The notes under the pieces were generated by a model. It did not search any database and was not told the origin of the DNA. It saw nothing but the letters and a program-made list of their open reading frames with translations. 64,000 nucleotides of DNA from Girardia tigrina (taxonomy: Eukaryota), in contig MQRK01219517.1 of assembly GCA_001938485.1 (NCBI GenBank), positions 1 to 64,000 of the forward strand, in the 5' to 3' direction. Positions 39,900 through 53,609 of this stretch are shown here, piece after piece. The position numbers and the translations under genes were made by a program. Every line of letters starts with the position of its first letter. Positions within the stretch are counted from its first letter, which is position 1.

Positions 39900-40856
39900 A
39901 TAATCGCTGTCGTATCTGTGATATTTATCCTCATTTCCATAACCTGCCTCATGATAAGTACATTGCCACAATTCCAGATGAATGATACTCTAACCAACAC
40001 CAACTACACGAACAATACACAGACCAAAGAGAACCCAGTCAATGAAGCTGAAAATTTCCATCCTCTCGAAATGATTGAAGTTATTTGTATTATATGGTTT
40101 ACATTTGAATATGTCTGTAGATTATTTTCGTGTCCAAATAAAAAAAATTTTCTCAAATCCCCCATGAACATGATAGATATTTTAGCAATTTTACCTTACT
40201 ATATTTCCGTTATTTTTACAAAAGTGTTACACAATCAAAATACCGAGTCTTTGATTTCTGTTAGAAAAGTCGTACAAGTTTTTCGTATTCTTCGTGTTTT
40301 AAGAATATTGAAATTGGCTCGACATTCAACTGGTCTTCAGGCACTTGGATATACTCTTCAGAAAAGTTATAAAGAATTGGGAATGTTGGTTATGTTTATA
40401 GCATTGGGCGTTCTTTTATTCTCCAGTTTGATTTATTTTGCGGAAAAAGATGAGGCTGAAAAAAAATTTACAAGTATTCCGGCTACCTTTTGGTGGGCCA
40501 TAATAACAATGACTACAGTTGGTTATGGAGATATGGTACCAAATTCAGTGTTGGGTAAATTTATCGGTTCCTTCTGTTGCATATGCGGTGTTCTTGTGAT
40601 AGCTTTGCCGATTCCTATAATTGTGAATAATTTTGCCGACTATTATAAAGATCAGTTACGTCGAGAAAAGACTCTGAAACGAAGAGAAGACATGGCAAAA
40701 GCTAAAGAACAAGGAAGTATTGTTTCAGCCAAATCAGATGATGAAGAATCCTCGGATTTCACGTTTGGTTCAGATGAAGAAAACACCAGTCTTATGAAAA
40801 GAAACACTTTTCACAGTCAATCTCTCAAACCACGCAGCTTCAGTGACTTTTTTAAA
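39900..40856 (+). CDS. Shab: Shab/Kv2 channel, S1-S6 and proximal C-terminus exon
   Basis: S4 [20 protein letters not shown], filter TMTTVGYGD, Kv2-type PIP hinge [16 protein letters not shown]...GSIVS; donor GTAAAT at 40857. Confidence 0.95.
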
Positions 40857-40902
40857 GTAAATATTATATTAATATTCTAATAAAACCGTATTTTTTCATT
40901 AG

Positions 40903-40968
40903 AACATTTATATTTATTGTAAAAATGGCCGTCAATTAATCGATAGAATTTTTCCTGTTTCAATGTAA
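40903..40968 (+). CDS. Shab: Probable last exon of Kv2 (NIYIYCKNGRQLIDRIFPVSM*)
   Basis: 46-nt phase-0 intron 40857-40902 (GTAAAT...TTTTTTCATTAG), open frame to TAA, AATAAA shortly after. Confidence 0.6.
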   Translation, partial: NIYIYCKNGRQLIDRIFPVSM

Positions 40969-40991
40969 ATATTGAATGAAGATGAAAGATA

Positions 40992-40997
40992 AATAAA
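40992..40997 (+). terminator. Candidate polyadenylation signal
   Basis: AATAAA ~24 nt after the stop, T-rich downstream. Weak evidence in AT-rich DNA. Confidence 0.35.
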
Positions 40998-43184
40998 AAA
41001 TGTTTATTTGAACTAATATCGAATTTATTTTCCTTATTTTTCTCAAAGATAAACTCTTCTTTTCTATTGAAAATGTCCTAATTCTTAATTATTATATTAT
41101 TTCAATAATATAATCACTTTATGGGATCTCATAATTTGTATTCGTACAAACAATCAAGTTATGAAAGTTTGCTTTATATATCTCTTTTTAGAAACTAAAT
41201 AAAGAGACTGAAAATACTTCTTAATTATTTAATAGGGATAGATACATATTATGTTGACCAGAAAGTAATGAGAATCTTTTAAGTGAATGATGAATCTCCC
41301 ATTTACTCAACTACCTTTTGCCATCTTTCGGCCATAACAGTAAGTTACATTTGAAGAAATATTTTGATGGAAGCACATTTCAATTTTAACGAAATAAGTT
41401 AATAAAAATAATAATAATTGAAATAGAAATAAAATATGGATTCACTGAACATTGGAGAAAAAATAATAAATAAATAGTATTTAAATAAATATTTACGAAA
41501 ACTAAATACTTCGATAATTTTAAATAATTAAATAAAATTTAAAAGGAAAAATACTAAAATAAATAAATTAAAACTAAAAAAATATAAACATTAAAAAGAA
41601 ATTTAATTAATTAACTTAAAATGATGGTTATTAATTAATAATATTTTAGTTCCCGCATATTTTTTTATTTATAACAAAATATGCATATGAATATCTATTT
41701 TGTGTAAGGTGTTATAAACGAAATCATTTTTGTATTTTAAAGAGGTTTGACTGTTTTTTTTTGTTTTTATGTAAATAATAAAAAAATATATTAGCATGAA
41801 TAAAATAAAAAAATCAATGAATCAATTCAATTATCAAGCAACGAAATCCAAATTTAATAAATCCTCTCGCGAATTACAAGGGATTTTTCTATTCAATTTA
41901 TTGTAAATATCGAAACCGAGTGGCCATATAACTAATCCGAATTCTAAAAATCAAAATCCTCTTCAAATTTCGGATCTTTATTACATTCTTGAAAATTCGT
42001 GACCAGTCCTATACAACTATTTGTTTTGTTGACGACCAATTGGGACAGAAATAAAGTAACATTTTACTCGTTGAATTCCCTCTAACTGATTTTCCTTTTA
42101 TTTGGTGATATTATTACTTCGTTTTATCCTTCTGTTATATCGTTATTAATATATATTTTAACTTAACTTATTGACTTTATTTTTTATTTATATTCGTAGG
42201 TGGATTAAAATTAGGTTCATCTCCTATTTAATTCACTTCAAATATATATTAAAAAAAGAAAGAAAGAAATTATACAAATAAATCATTGCATTTGTTTAAA
42301 TTCATCAATTGATTAAATTTGGTACGTGACTATTTGTTACAAATTTAAAATGTTTAAAATTTGAGTAAGTTATGTTCTGATCGTTTCAAAAATGTAAAAG
42401 TGAATATTAGTTTTGTTTTTTGAATTCTGCAATAAAAAATGAAATCCAAAATGATAAAAAGAACAAAAATGATAAAATGAAACACCTAATTCTCCTACCC
42501 AAAAATAATTAGAAGAAGAAGAATATTAAGGAATTTCAAAAACTATAAATTGAATTTTTTTAAATTTTAAAATCTTTGTTTTCAAAGTAGAGTTCTGTTT
42601 GCATAAAGAATGGATATAAAAAAATTAATTTTTTGATTTACTAGTTAATATTTAATTTTTTTTAATATAATTCATACATATATAATAATACAAATATAAT
42701 ACAAATACAAATATAATAATTTAAATTATTTAATCCCATATTATTATTTATCTTTTATACGTATATTTATAGTGTAGAAACAACAATTTTAATCATATAT
42801 GATCATCATAATGATCGAAATTACTATACAAAATTTTAAGAATTTTATTAGGCTTACTTATTTTGATCTCTGAAATTCAATATATTGTTAAGAAAGGAAC
42901 TTCTACTCTAGTGGAAATATTTTGTTATTCTAGTTTTTAGTTGATGGCTAATCTCTCCAGTTTACAATGACATATTTATTTTGCCTGAACACTCAATGGA
43001 ATTTCGGATTCATTTGAAAAGAAACTCTATACTTTACGTGCATTAATATTTATTCTAAACTTGCTGAAGATCTGATTGACTTTAAAATCCTTTGCTACCT
43101 AGTGATGTATTATTGAGACTTTTGCAAGTTAATTTGATATTTTTTAAAAAATAATTTCGTTAAAGTGTTTTTAAAAATGTTATT

Positions 43185-43620
43185 ATTGAACATGTTTTGG
43201 AACTCAATTTCTATCGTCAGCAATTATAATTTAATGTTTATTATAATAAACTTTAAATTAATGGCATCATTTTCTAAGAAGTCTCTTGAAGATAAAATCA
43301 ATACATACCCTAGGGCAAAACCTGTAGTGTAAAAGAAATATGTAGATGACATCTTTCTGTTTTCAGGAATCAATCCCTCATTGAACCATTCCTAATATTC
43401 TTGAATGACCTTTATCTTAATATTAAGTTCACAAAAGAATCAAAAGTAAATAACAAACTTTCTTTTCTTAACATTTTTGTCGCTTGGATAAATGGAAAAT
43501 ACCAAACTGAATTATACAAAAAGACATCAGATAAATACCTCTACACAACACTACAGAGCTTTTTCGAGGAAAAAATTTAGATGGGATAATAGAGAGATTG
43601 TAAATTGTATTTTGATTTTA
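43185..43620 (+). mobile_element. PLE RT remnant with upstream inverted hammerhead
   Basis: KYVDDIFLF, IKFTKESKVNNKLSFL on +. Minus HHR at 43185-43224: ATTG CTGACGA...AAAAC AT GTT CAAT (G12 changed to A). Confidence 0.6.
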
Positions 43621-45047
43621 AAATATCAGACTCTGCTTTAAATATTCTTTAAGGACACTGGAGAGACAACATAAAAAGTTAGATAGATCACGATAATAAT
43701 AATAATCAGAGAACTATTCATGCATGCAAATACAACCAATTATTTCATTCACAATCATGCAATATTATCATCACATCACTCTTATCGCACATCATTCACT
43801 CATCAAACATTCGCACTTCAAACCATCAATCTCATCACTCCATAATTATCAATCATACCTAAACCTATTCTCAGATCAACATCAATTTAATCCAATTGTC
43901 CTACGAATCGAAACATCTTCTCAACAGTACTTCTTTGGTTTACACTTAATTTTCAGCACAAGCTCCAGCAGGTAGCTTCTGTTTCGTAATTGATCTCTTC
44001 CATATTCCCTTATTATGATTTTATTTTAAATAGTGTTACAATATATAACAAAATCTTCTTTACAATGTTCTTTAACTTCGAAGATGATATTTTAATTGTG
44101 AATTTTTTAAAACTTCATTTTTATAAAAATTTGTCCCAATTTAATTAAAATATTATCATTACTTTAAAATTTTTTAAAAAAATTATTTCATTTTAATTAG
44201 TAATATACTATCTGTGAACTATAATTTTTACAAAAATTATTTCCATTTAATTAGTAGAATTGTTACTATAAAATATATTTTTAAAAAAATCCTATTTAAT
44301 TTAATTAGTAAAAATATTATCCATAACTTAAATTTTTTATTTTAAAGAATTATTTCATTTTAATTAATCAACATTATTTTTACTTTATCCAAAATATAAA
44401 TATGATTTTTAAAAAATATCAAAAATTTAAAGTTCACGAAAAGGAACCCCAACATGTATTACATGCAACCGTAATATGATGTGGAAACGTTGAATTGAGG
44501 GATGATGCTCTGGATGCGAGAGGAATCCCTCCATATATTGAGAACCAGATTGGTAAAATTCTCCATAAAACATTAAGAGAACGAAGTACGGCCATTATCA
44601 AGGCCATTAATGATAGTTGTTAAATTACGATCCAGAAGATGAACCAATGCTCTCCAAGAGATTCGAGAACTTTGGAAAAATTGAAGAACACCGTCAAAAA
44701 TATCCATAAACCATTTTTTATAATGTTTAAATTGTAATTTTATATTAATATTGAAATTTCTTAATTACTTTTTTAAAAATTTAAAATAAATTGGCATTTA
44801 AGAAATAATCTATTCATTTCAATTTTATAAATAATATTTTACATTTCTTTCAATTAAAGATAATTTTTTTCGAAGATTCTTAATATTATATTTTTAATGT
44901 TTTCTTCAGATAATTAAAAGATTATAATTATTTCTGACAGTTGACAATTGCTACTTAAATTTCCAAAACGAAAAAAATAGAAATATTGAAATAATTCATT
45001 TAAAAATAATTACAAATAAACTTGAAAAAAGATGGCAATTTTTTATT

Positions 45048-45300
45048 AAAAACAAATAAACGCCATTTAAAAATATATTTTAGGATAATATATTTCGACG
45101 GTTTAACCGTCATCATCAGANNNNNNNNNNNNNNNNNNNNNNNNNNNNNNNNNNNNNNNNNNNNNNNNNNNNNNNNNNNNNNNNNNTTTTCTTATATAAA
45201 AGCAATAAAAAAGAACATAATCAGTGATCTGATGATGACGGTTAAACCGTCGAAATATATTATCCTAAAATATATTTTTAAATGGCGTTTATTTGTTTTT
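45048..45300. mobile_element. Palindromic double-hammerhead mini-element (gap in centre)
   Basis: Perfect ~73-bp inverted arms, each with CTGATGA T GACGG-TTAAA-CCGTC GAAAT AT ATT and the AAATGGCGTTT terminus. Confidence 0.7.
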
Positions 45301-47325
45301 TATTAAAAATAATTATATATTATTTTCATTGTTGAATATGTTTTCCAAGTAATTCATAATATAAGGTTATAAGATTTTATAAGATCGTGTAATATAAAAT
45401 AAATGATTTAAGTGAAGTTTCAAACGAACTTGTGTGAACAAGAAGGAAACAACTTGATGGAAAAAAATAAGAGCCCTTCGTAAAAGATATGAGGCTTCAA
45501 TAATCATTGGTACACTAGAAATGTTTCAGAGGGTACCCAGTTCACTTTACTAATTCCATTTCTTTCAAAGACTTTAACTTGTTGGGATAGTATTTTATTA
45601 TAAAGAGCCTTATAATTATGTTAGTTTTTCAAATTAATTGTTTACTTAATCCTAAAAAAATATTTTTAATTTCATTATGAAAGGTTTGGGAAATTATGTT
45701 ACACTGATCGAAGTATATTATTTTTGGTTTGACTTCATAAGTTAATTAATCACACAAAATGTTATTTATTATTTATTCCACTATATCCCTCTTAGACTAT
45801 AGACAATAAAAATGCTTTTTACTAAACTTTACAAAAAAATATTTATAAAAGTAAATATTTTTTAAAATTTGTGACAAATATTTAAAACTTTTATGCATGT
45901 GGTATGTTGATTTTAGTATACTGAACTTAGAATGGTGATTCTAAAACCCAGTCGACAGTTGGTCGATACTTAATTTGTGTACATTGATTATTCGAACATA
46001 ATTAAGATTTTTAAAAGTTAATGTAATTAATAATGTGATAAAATTATAATTTATGAAATAATAATTAGACTCAATTTTAAGTATAAATAAATTTTTAAAA
46101 AATGATTAAATTTGGTATATTCAATATTTTAATTATTAAAAATCAAAAATCATAAAATTTGTATACTTTTAAGAAATAGTTTTAATGAAGCTATATAAAA
46201 TATATTTTAAAGTTTAACATTTAGGTATATAATTGTTTGACTTAAATGTGGTGAATAAGTTTCACCAAAAAAGAAAAGTATCTCTCGACGAAAATCAACC
46301 GAAGTCGATCAAAAAAGACCAGTGTTCACCGGTGAAGAAGAAACAAAAATCACTGATGGTAAACAAGACGATAATCAAGACAAAAAACGAATAAAATTAA
46401 GAAAATCAATAATAAAGGAATCGGAGAGATAAATACCGCGATGGGTTTCCCTTGACGGTTCTCGTCGTAAGGATAACAAGCGTTGGGGTTCGAATAACAA
46501 CAATGATAATGATAGTGATAATAAAAGATGGGGATCTTATAACAATGAATACGATGAGAATAATAAAAAATGAGACTCTAATGGGACCCTCAGAGGAATG
46601 ATAGTCAGATTGAGATTCGGAGCTTCCCTCCAGGTGAGACTATGCATTTAAGGCTCCCGCGTCCCGCAGTCCACCCCCATCACCAACACGCCGCAGCCAC
46701 CACGCTGCGCCTGCTCTCGCACCACCAATAATATTTAAGAATATTTCTTTAAATTGAAGTTCGTTTAATATTTTTATGAAGTTTAAACGAAAATTAAATC
46801 TCAAAGGTTAATAAAAAATTTAAAATTATTTACTCGCTTCGATGATTTTAAAATTATGAAAGGAAGAAACTTTTTTTCCAATAATCATAATAAGAAAAAT
46901 TAGAAAATATAAATATAATTTCACCAACTAGAATGTAGACCTGTTTACGATCTCCCGATATCAGTCACGGAATCGATTGAAAAAAAAATATTATATGATA
47001 TTATATTTTTGTTGTTTTTATATATTAAATATATTGTTTTGTTAAATTATTAATGCCATAACTTTTCTCTTTTCTCTTTAAAAAGTGAAAAGCACATTAT
47101 TTATTCAGCTAAATAGAAAGAAAAGCAAACATTTGACCCAATTATTTAACAAATAAAAATTATTTTAACTAATAAAAAATCGAATATTTATTGGAACAAT
47201 ACTGAATTTGTTTGACCAAATTATTTGGAATTTTGCTGAAATGAAAATTATTATAATTTTATAAAATATTATTGTAATTATATATGTGTGCGTTTTCTGC
47301 TTTTTAATATATTTTATTAACAAAC

Positions 47326-47329
<4 letters not shown>

Positions 47330-47372
<43 letters not shown>

Positions 47373-47566
47373 AGAAAATAAATTTAAATAAGTTTTAAGG
47401 CATTTTGTCTTGTCTAAGATATATATGAATATATTTGTGAATACAAAGCGAAATTCCAAAATAAATCAGTTTTGCAAGTTAAAAAAAAGTATATATATAT
47501 ATATATATATATATATNNNNNNNNNNNNNNNNNNNNNNNNNNNNNNNNNNNNNNNNNNNNNNNNNN

Positions 47567-47600
<34 letters not shown>
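47330..47600. repeat. (TA)n microsatellites (others at ~48093, 50647, 57817, 60328, 62233, 62846)
   Basis: Direct observation; several border gaps or TE insertions. Confidence 0.9.
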
Positions 47601-47603
<3 letters not shown>

Positions 47604-47742
47604 CATCATAAACCATGCTTAAATGTGCAAGGTGATTCATCTAATCATATTAAAGTTTTTTAAATATCATTAAAATACTTTTTTTTAAAAAGAAAAAAAA
47701 GCATGTTTTTGAGACGTATGATGTAATAGTTTTTCAACTATA

Positions 47743-47949
47743 TACTCATAGTTCGATATACGGCCTAGATACGTTCCTAGATACGGCCTAGAAAATATGT
47801 ATATTAATGTTTTTTTCACACTTTTTTCAAAATTTTTTTTGGCCGTATAACGAAAAATTCTAGGCCGTAAATCAAAAAGTGCCATAATTAAAGTAGGCCG
47901 TTATAGCGAAAAGCCGTATAAAGAGCGGCCGTATAGCGAGGTATGAGTG
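47743..47949. mobile_element. pogo/Tigger-like MITE
   Basis: TIRs TACTCATAGTTCGATATACGGCC / GGCCGTATAGCGAGGTATGAGTG, TA flanks, internal TACGGCC repeats. Confidence 0.7.
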
Positions 47950-47977
47950 TATAAATAGTAATTAATCTCTTTATTTC

Positions 47978-48018
47978 ATTGCACTGAAGATGCCGAAATG
48001 ATGAAACGCGTATGTCTT
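47978..48018 (+). ncRNA. Minimal hammerhead motif
   Basis: GCA CTGAAGA T GCC..GAT GAAAC GC GTA TGT; core intact, stem II decayed. Confidence 0.5.
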
Positions 48019-48088
48019 GTCAATAAATTTAATATTCAAAAATGGACTTTCTTTTCATTATTATTAAAAATGCCATTATCAGTTCTAG

Positions 48089-48126
<38 letters not shown>

Positions 48127-49811
48127 GTTGTTTAAGTCAAGTGTGACGTAGAAATTGAAATTGACATTTTAAATTTAAATAAAGAATATTTTAGAGATTT
48201 CGAGTTTTTTTTGAGAAGAAAGAATTGATGATGATGATATATTATGAAATCATTACCGACGAGGAAAATTTCTGCCAAATAACTATAAAGTTATACGATG
48301 AAAACGTTATGAATACAGTCGAGAATTTCAGCGTTGCTTTTACTGGAGCAATAGGTGAATTTCTTCGATAATGTCTGACGAACCTACCGATCCGAGAATG
48401 GACAACGGCCCTCGTTAGGACCGCAAATTGTGATTGTTTCGATCCGTCTTGCCGAAACCCACTTCCGCCTGTTGTGCTAGAAATTATATGCGGACACCGA
48501 GAGTCAGGCGCTATTATGAAATCGAGATTTTTAACAATGGGAAATATATTCATTAAACAAAATTATTTATAATATGCTTTTATTTTAAACTAAATGTTAG
48601 CAAAGTCATACAATATATGTACAATATATACAAGTCATACAATATATATAAGTCACCTATATATATAGTGAAAATTCATATACATCTTTTTATCGATTTT
48701 CCTTAAAATTATAAAATTTTGTTTTAATCTACTGTATGAAATTTTTCTTATTTTTTGTTTAAATGTAAAGGAAATGAGAAATAAATTATTTAATGAGTCA
48801 TTCAATTGAGAAGGTTTAACTATAAAAAATCTAAATAGTAAGTAATTCAAAATTAATAAAATAATTTTTTAATTAATTGATTTTATGTTTAGTAAATTAT
48901 TTATTAAATAAATGAGAGAAATTCGTAGCGATTTTGCTAATATAATTTGTAGATGAAAATGACAAAAAAGTTAAATGTTAATTTGATAAAAATTGTCATA
49001 TATTTTATTTATTTACACTATATATTAAAAATTGATTTTAATTTATTTAGTTTCTAGTTGCTTTTGATGTTTTTTTGCATTAAAATATTTACAAAAATAG
49101 AACAGATTAAGAATATTTGCTTTATTTTATTTTCTTCTATTAAATGAGACAGGAAATACAATTTACGAAGGACAATTAGAAATAATGTTTATTTTATTAT
49201 TAGAATTAGTCGTGATTTATACAAACGCGATTAAATAAATTTTCAAAAACAACAAAATAGTATTCTATAGAAGAAATATTTTAAAGGTCTTTATAAATAG
49301 TAAAGAATATTAGTATATTAATGTACAATATCATATATGAATATGTATAAACTTGATGACAGACTTTTTCAATACAAATGAAACCATTTACGACTACTTG
49401 GTCAAGACCCTTCCAAACTTAGAACAAATAATGAATCGAGGAAAACATTTTTAATTGTAAAAAAGGTATTTATAGATTTATTAAAGTATTATTAGGATTT
49501 TTATTAGTTATGTTTAATATATTTTTGATTATGTCTAAACTCTATAATTTATATTTCTATATTATATAAACGACAGTTTTGTGAATCTCTACTAATAAGA
49601 CACTACAAACAATCAATTAACATTCAGAATGGGCAAAGTAAGGTTATTTCAATACTTAAAATATTTTATTAAAATATTCTTTTTGCCATTATTACCCAAT
49701 AATACTTTGATAAATAATAATAATTAATTTTTGGTTACTTTTTAAAGTAAATATATCTGTTAAAATTGTATTATTCGAACAATTCAATATTCATATACTA
49801 AACATCCGAAA

Positions 49812-49853
49812 ATTGCTGATGATGATGTATGTAAACATGGAAACATGTCCAAT
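49812..49853 (+). ncRNA. Minimal type-I hammerhead ribozyme downstream of PLE endonuclease remnant (~49568-49633)
   Basis: ATTG CTGATGA TG ATGT-loop-ACAT G GAAAC AT GTC CAAT. Upstream KRQFCESLLIRHYKQSINIQ. Confidence 0.7.
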
Positions 49854-50663
49854 AATTATATAAAAAAAGCTTTAATCAAATTATATTTTCGAAAAAACTA
49901 AACTTGCGTTCAGACGACTCAATAATATATATTTATATATATAAGTATAATATATATATATATATATATATGTGTACATATTTATATATATATTATACTT
50001 ATATCAGCAATCCCATTCACTATAGACAAACCAGTAATTCTGTCCGCTATATAGTTTTGCAAATATTTTGGACTTTTTTTGAACCATTTGATTATTGAAC
50101 CATCTATTTCGTTGGAAATCAAGGATAGATGGATTTTAAAAACTAAAATACTCCCAAATAAAGGAAATAAAAAGCAGACTCTAATGACTGAACTTTAAAC
50201 GATGAGTATAACTATTTTTTTCTTTTTAAATGAGAAAGATTACATTTACAGATCTGCAATTACTTCAACACTGGGTTCCGTCTTTATTTACTTCTTAATA
50301 TGATAAACTGATATCATATAACTACAGATCAACATTAGGTTTATAAAAGATGGTGATAGTTTGATGATAGATCGAATTCATAATCATGATGGCAAGGAGG
50401 ATAATAAGGTATTTTCTAAAAATAAAGAAGATATGAAATAAGCGTTTATAAGAATATTGATAAAGTCATGATTATTTCATGGAAATTCATAAATAATGAC
50501 TTTTTTACATGAAACATGAATTCGCAATGAAAGTTAATCTTGCATACAAATTTAATGGTCGTGGGTATCAAAATATTACAAGGAGAGCACCGCATTCTTT
50601 TACAATGTGCATTTTTTTAAATTATAACAATATTTGTGTAAAAGTACATATATAAATATAAAA

Positions 50664-50694
<31 letters not shown>

Positions 50695-52829
50695 CAATAA
50701 AAATATTGATTGAAAATTCGTTAAATATAAATAACGAATTATAATCATAATATTAAATACAGACCATTTTTCTGTAAATTCGTTTTATAAAGGAATTTTC
50801 TAGCAGCATCGATAGTATTTCTATAGCTCATTCAGAATAATTTCCAAAACTATTAATCATTCCAATTGCAAACATCAAACTCGCACCAAAATTTCAAATC
50901 AAAACACCGAAAACATTTTCCTGTAAATTCGTTTCATAAAGGAACTTTCCGCAAATCAATTTATAAACATTCCCCTGAAAGTGTATCTCTCAGATAATCC
51001 ATTTCCTCAAAATCTCATCGTGCAACTGAATAATTCTTTAACGTTTCCATCAATATCGTTGCAACAGAAGATCGTCCCTTTGAAATCTTTGAACAATAGA
51101 CACAAATCGAAACCGAAATTTATCCTCTCTCGTATGTCGTTTTATTGGTTCTATATGTTTATTTATATTGCGTAAAAATAAAGTTTTATGTATATTTACC
51201 TTTATTTTTGTTACGTTAAAGGAGCTTACTGAAACACGTTTTCAGTTAGCTCTTTTACAATTTGTAATAGGGTTTTTACTGAAAATCCATTTGTTTTGCC
51301 ACAATCAAATCTTTACTTCACATTTGTTTCACACTAAATAAATTTCCCTTCAAACGTCACAAATTTACGTAGGCACTTCTTCAATCGAAATTTTTTATTC
51401 GTATTATGTTCTTTTTATCAAAATTTATGTAATACGAGTTTTTTTTAAATTTGATTTTCATTAATGACAAAAAATTAAATAATTTAACTTATATGTTTTC
51501 AGAGTTTTTGAAATTTTTAAAAAGTTTTAAAGCAATTTTAAAAGAAATTTTAAATTATTTTCCGTAAACATTTGAAGAAAATACCCAACAAAAAAAATTT
51601 TAAAAAATAAAAACACTTTAAAAAAAGATATATATGAGTGTTAATTAAAATTTCTATTCATAGATTTTTTCATTTTTATTTTTTTTAATATTTTAAAATT
51701 AGGCTTTCTTAATAAAAAATTTATAAAAAATACTGGTTAAATTTATCGGAAAAAGATTTTTAATTTCTACATTATCTTTGATTTATGAAGGGTCTCAACG
51801 TTCCTTATAATTCGGATCAAAATCCTCCAACTCGGATCAAAAAAATTGAATTATTTGTTTAATTCGTTAAAACATATCTTCAAAACAAAGTCTTTTTGCT
51901 GCCTTGTCTAATCTTAGTCAGGATATGTTCAACCACGCTGAGTATCAGATACTAATTGTTATTGACATTAACGTATAACCAAAACACTAATATTACAGCA
52001 TTTATGAAATGATTTTAAGACCGTACTTGGAGGAATCTAACTTTGTTACTTTGAATAAACACAGAACATTTTTAACATATCCGTTTTTATTTTCGTTGGA
52101 CGTTTAGAATATGGTAATGAGAAGTTATAGTGTCTTGTGAAGTGGATTAAAGTAAAATTATAAGCCATACGAATTATATTAATAATGCTTGGCATTATTG
52201 TCAATAACTTGCCTTTTAGGTGTCTTTGATGCAACATTCTGGCTGCCATTCTATTAGATATCAAACCTAAATCTTAGGAAATAGGAAATCTCCTAACAGA
52301 CTAGTGTTTACCTTATTCCCTTATTTATTCCTCTTATTTATTGGTACTAAAATTGTCGCTTTTCCCGAGGATAAACAAAAGATAATTGTAAACAATCTTT
52401 CTAAGATAATTTAGAAGCAGAAAAATATCTTCTTAATATTATCTTCCTTACATACCTGTAAACAAATATAGAAGCTTTAGAAATTACTCACATGTTACAA
52501 TAGTTTGTGCCGCTTTTAAATGAATTATAAATAATATTTAGTTGTAATAATATAAATAAATAATTATAAATAAATAATAATAAATGAATTATAAATAATA
52601 ATAATTAATAAATAATTATAAATTAATAATTAATATATTTATTAATTTAATTTAATTTAATTTAATTGCACCGCTTAGGTTGAGTTAAATCAAATGCAAA
52701 GCATCGACATTTCCATGTAGATGTCTTGATAACCGACTAGGGGCTTGCGCCTCTGCCTTCGCTTCGTCACGGTGAAGAGTTACACACTCATCAAAATTTT
52801 ACATCAACATTAAATTTCAATATCATATA

Positions 52830-53609
52830 TGTTCTCCATTATCCATTTAAAATAAAATGACTGATACCGATTCTATGATCTATTAATTAAAACACAATAT
52901 CAATAATCTCGACTATTTAATGGGAGAATAGTGATGTTATAATTGTGAGGAATATTTGAATGTTTGATGTTTTGTGTTTGAATGTGTATGTTGATTTGGA
53001 AATGTGTCTCTCCTACCCAGATGGATGATTAATATTTTAATTATTATTATCTGAAAATATGTAATGTTTAAATTTATTTTTAATTTCAAATAATTTTACA
53101 ATTTTAAATAAGTTAATTAGTTTTTACAAATTTTAATAAATAAATCAAATTAATATTTTTTAAATAATTAATTATCATTTTAATTATTATCCAATAAGTT
53201 TTGAGCGAATATTTTATTTAAATATTTATTTCCCCATTTTCTAAAAACTTAATGAGAATTAAACCATTAATCAATTTTGCTTTGAAAGCAAATGTACGAA
53301 AGTTTTTACAAAGATTGTCTTGAGGACAATCAAAATTGTTGTTTAAATAAAAATATATAAAATCAAATTGGTGTTCTTAATAATAATGAGTCACATTTTC
53401 AAAGCCTTTTCATTGGTTTACACTCTCTAACACTCTCTAACTGTCAACATACATTCAATATCAAACAACTAACCCATATTATTGTATCATCACAACTAAC
53501 TTTACACAATCAATTTCATCAAGAATCACACAATAATTAAGACGTAATTAATCTTAGTTATTTCAGTTAGTTCCATGCAATATTTATTACGTAACTATTC
53601 CTACTCACA
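52830..53609 (-). mobile_element. Solo LTR (TG...CA, TSD ATATA) hosting a second solo LTR
   Basis: Similar to the uninterrupted copy 59074-59469; ATATA at 52825 and 53610. Confidence 0.8.
52944..53382 (+). mobile_element. Solo LTR, TSD ATAAT
   Basis: TGTGAGG...GTTCTTAATA, high identity to 60699-61139; the empty site is visible at ~59171-59190. Confidence 0.9.

Noticed and set aside
40857-40880. Channel ending at the ORF-track stop 40880
   Set aside because: A canonical 46-nt intron and an open downstream exon fit better, although intron retention is not excluded.
46470-46580. Neuropeptide precursor (KR repeats)
   Set aside because: No signal peptide, in-frame stops, and Gly follows rather than precedes the dibasic sites.
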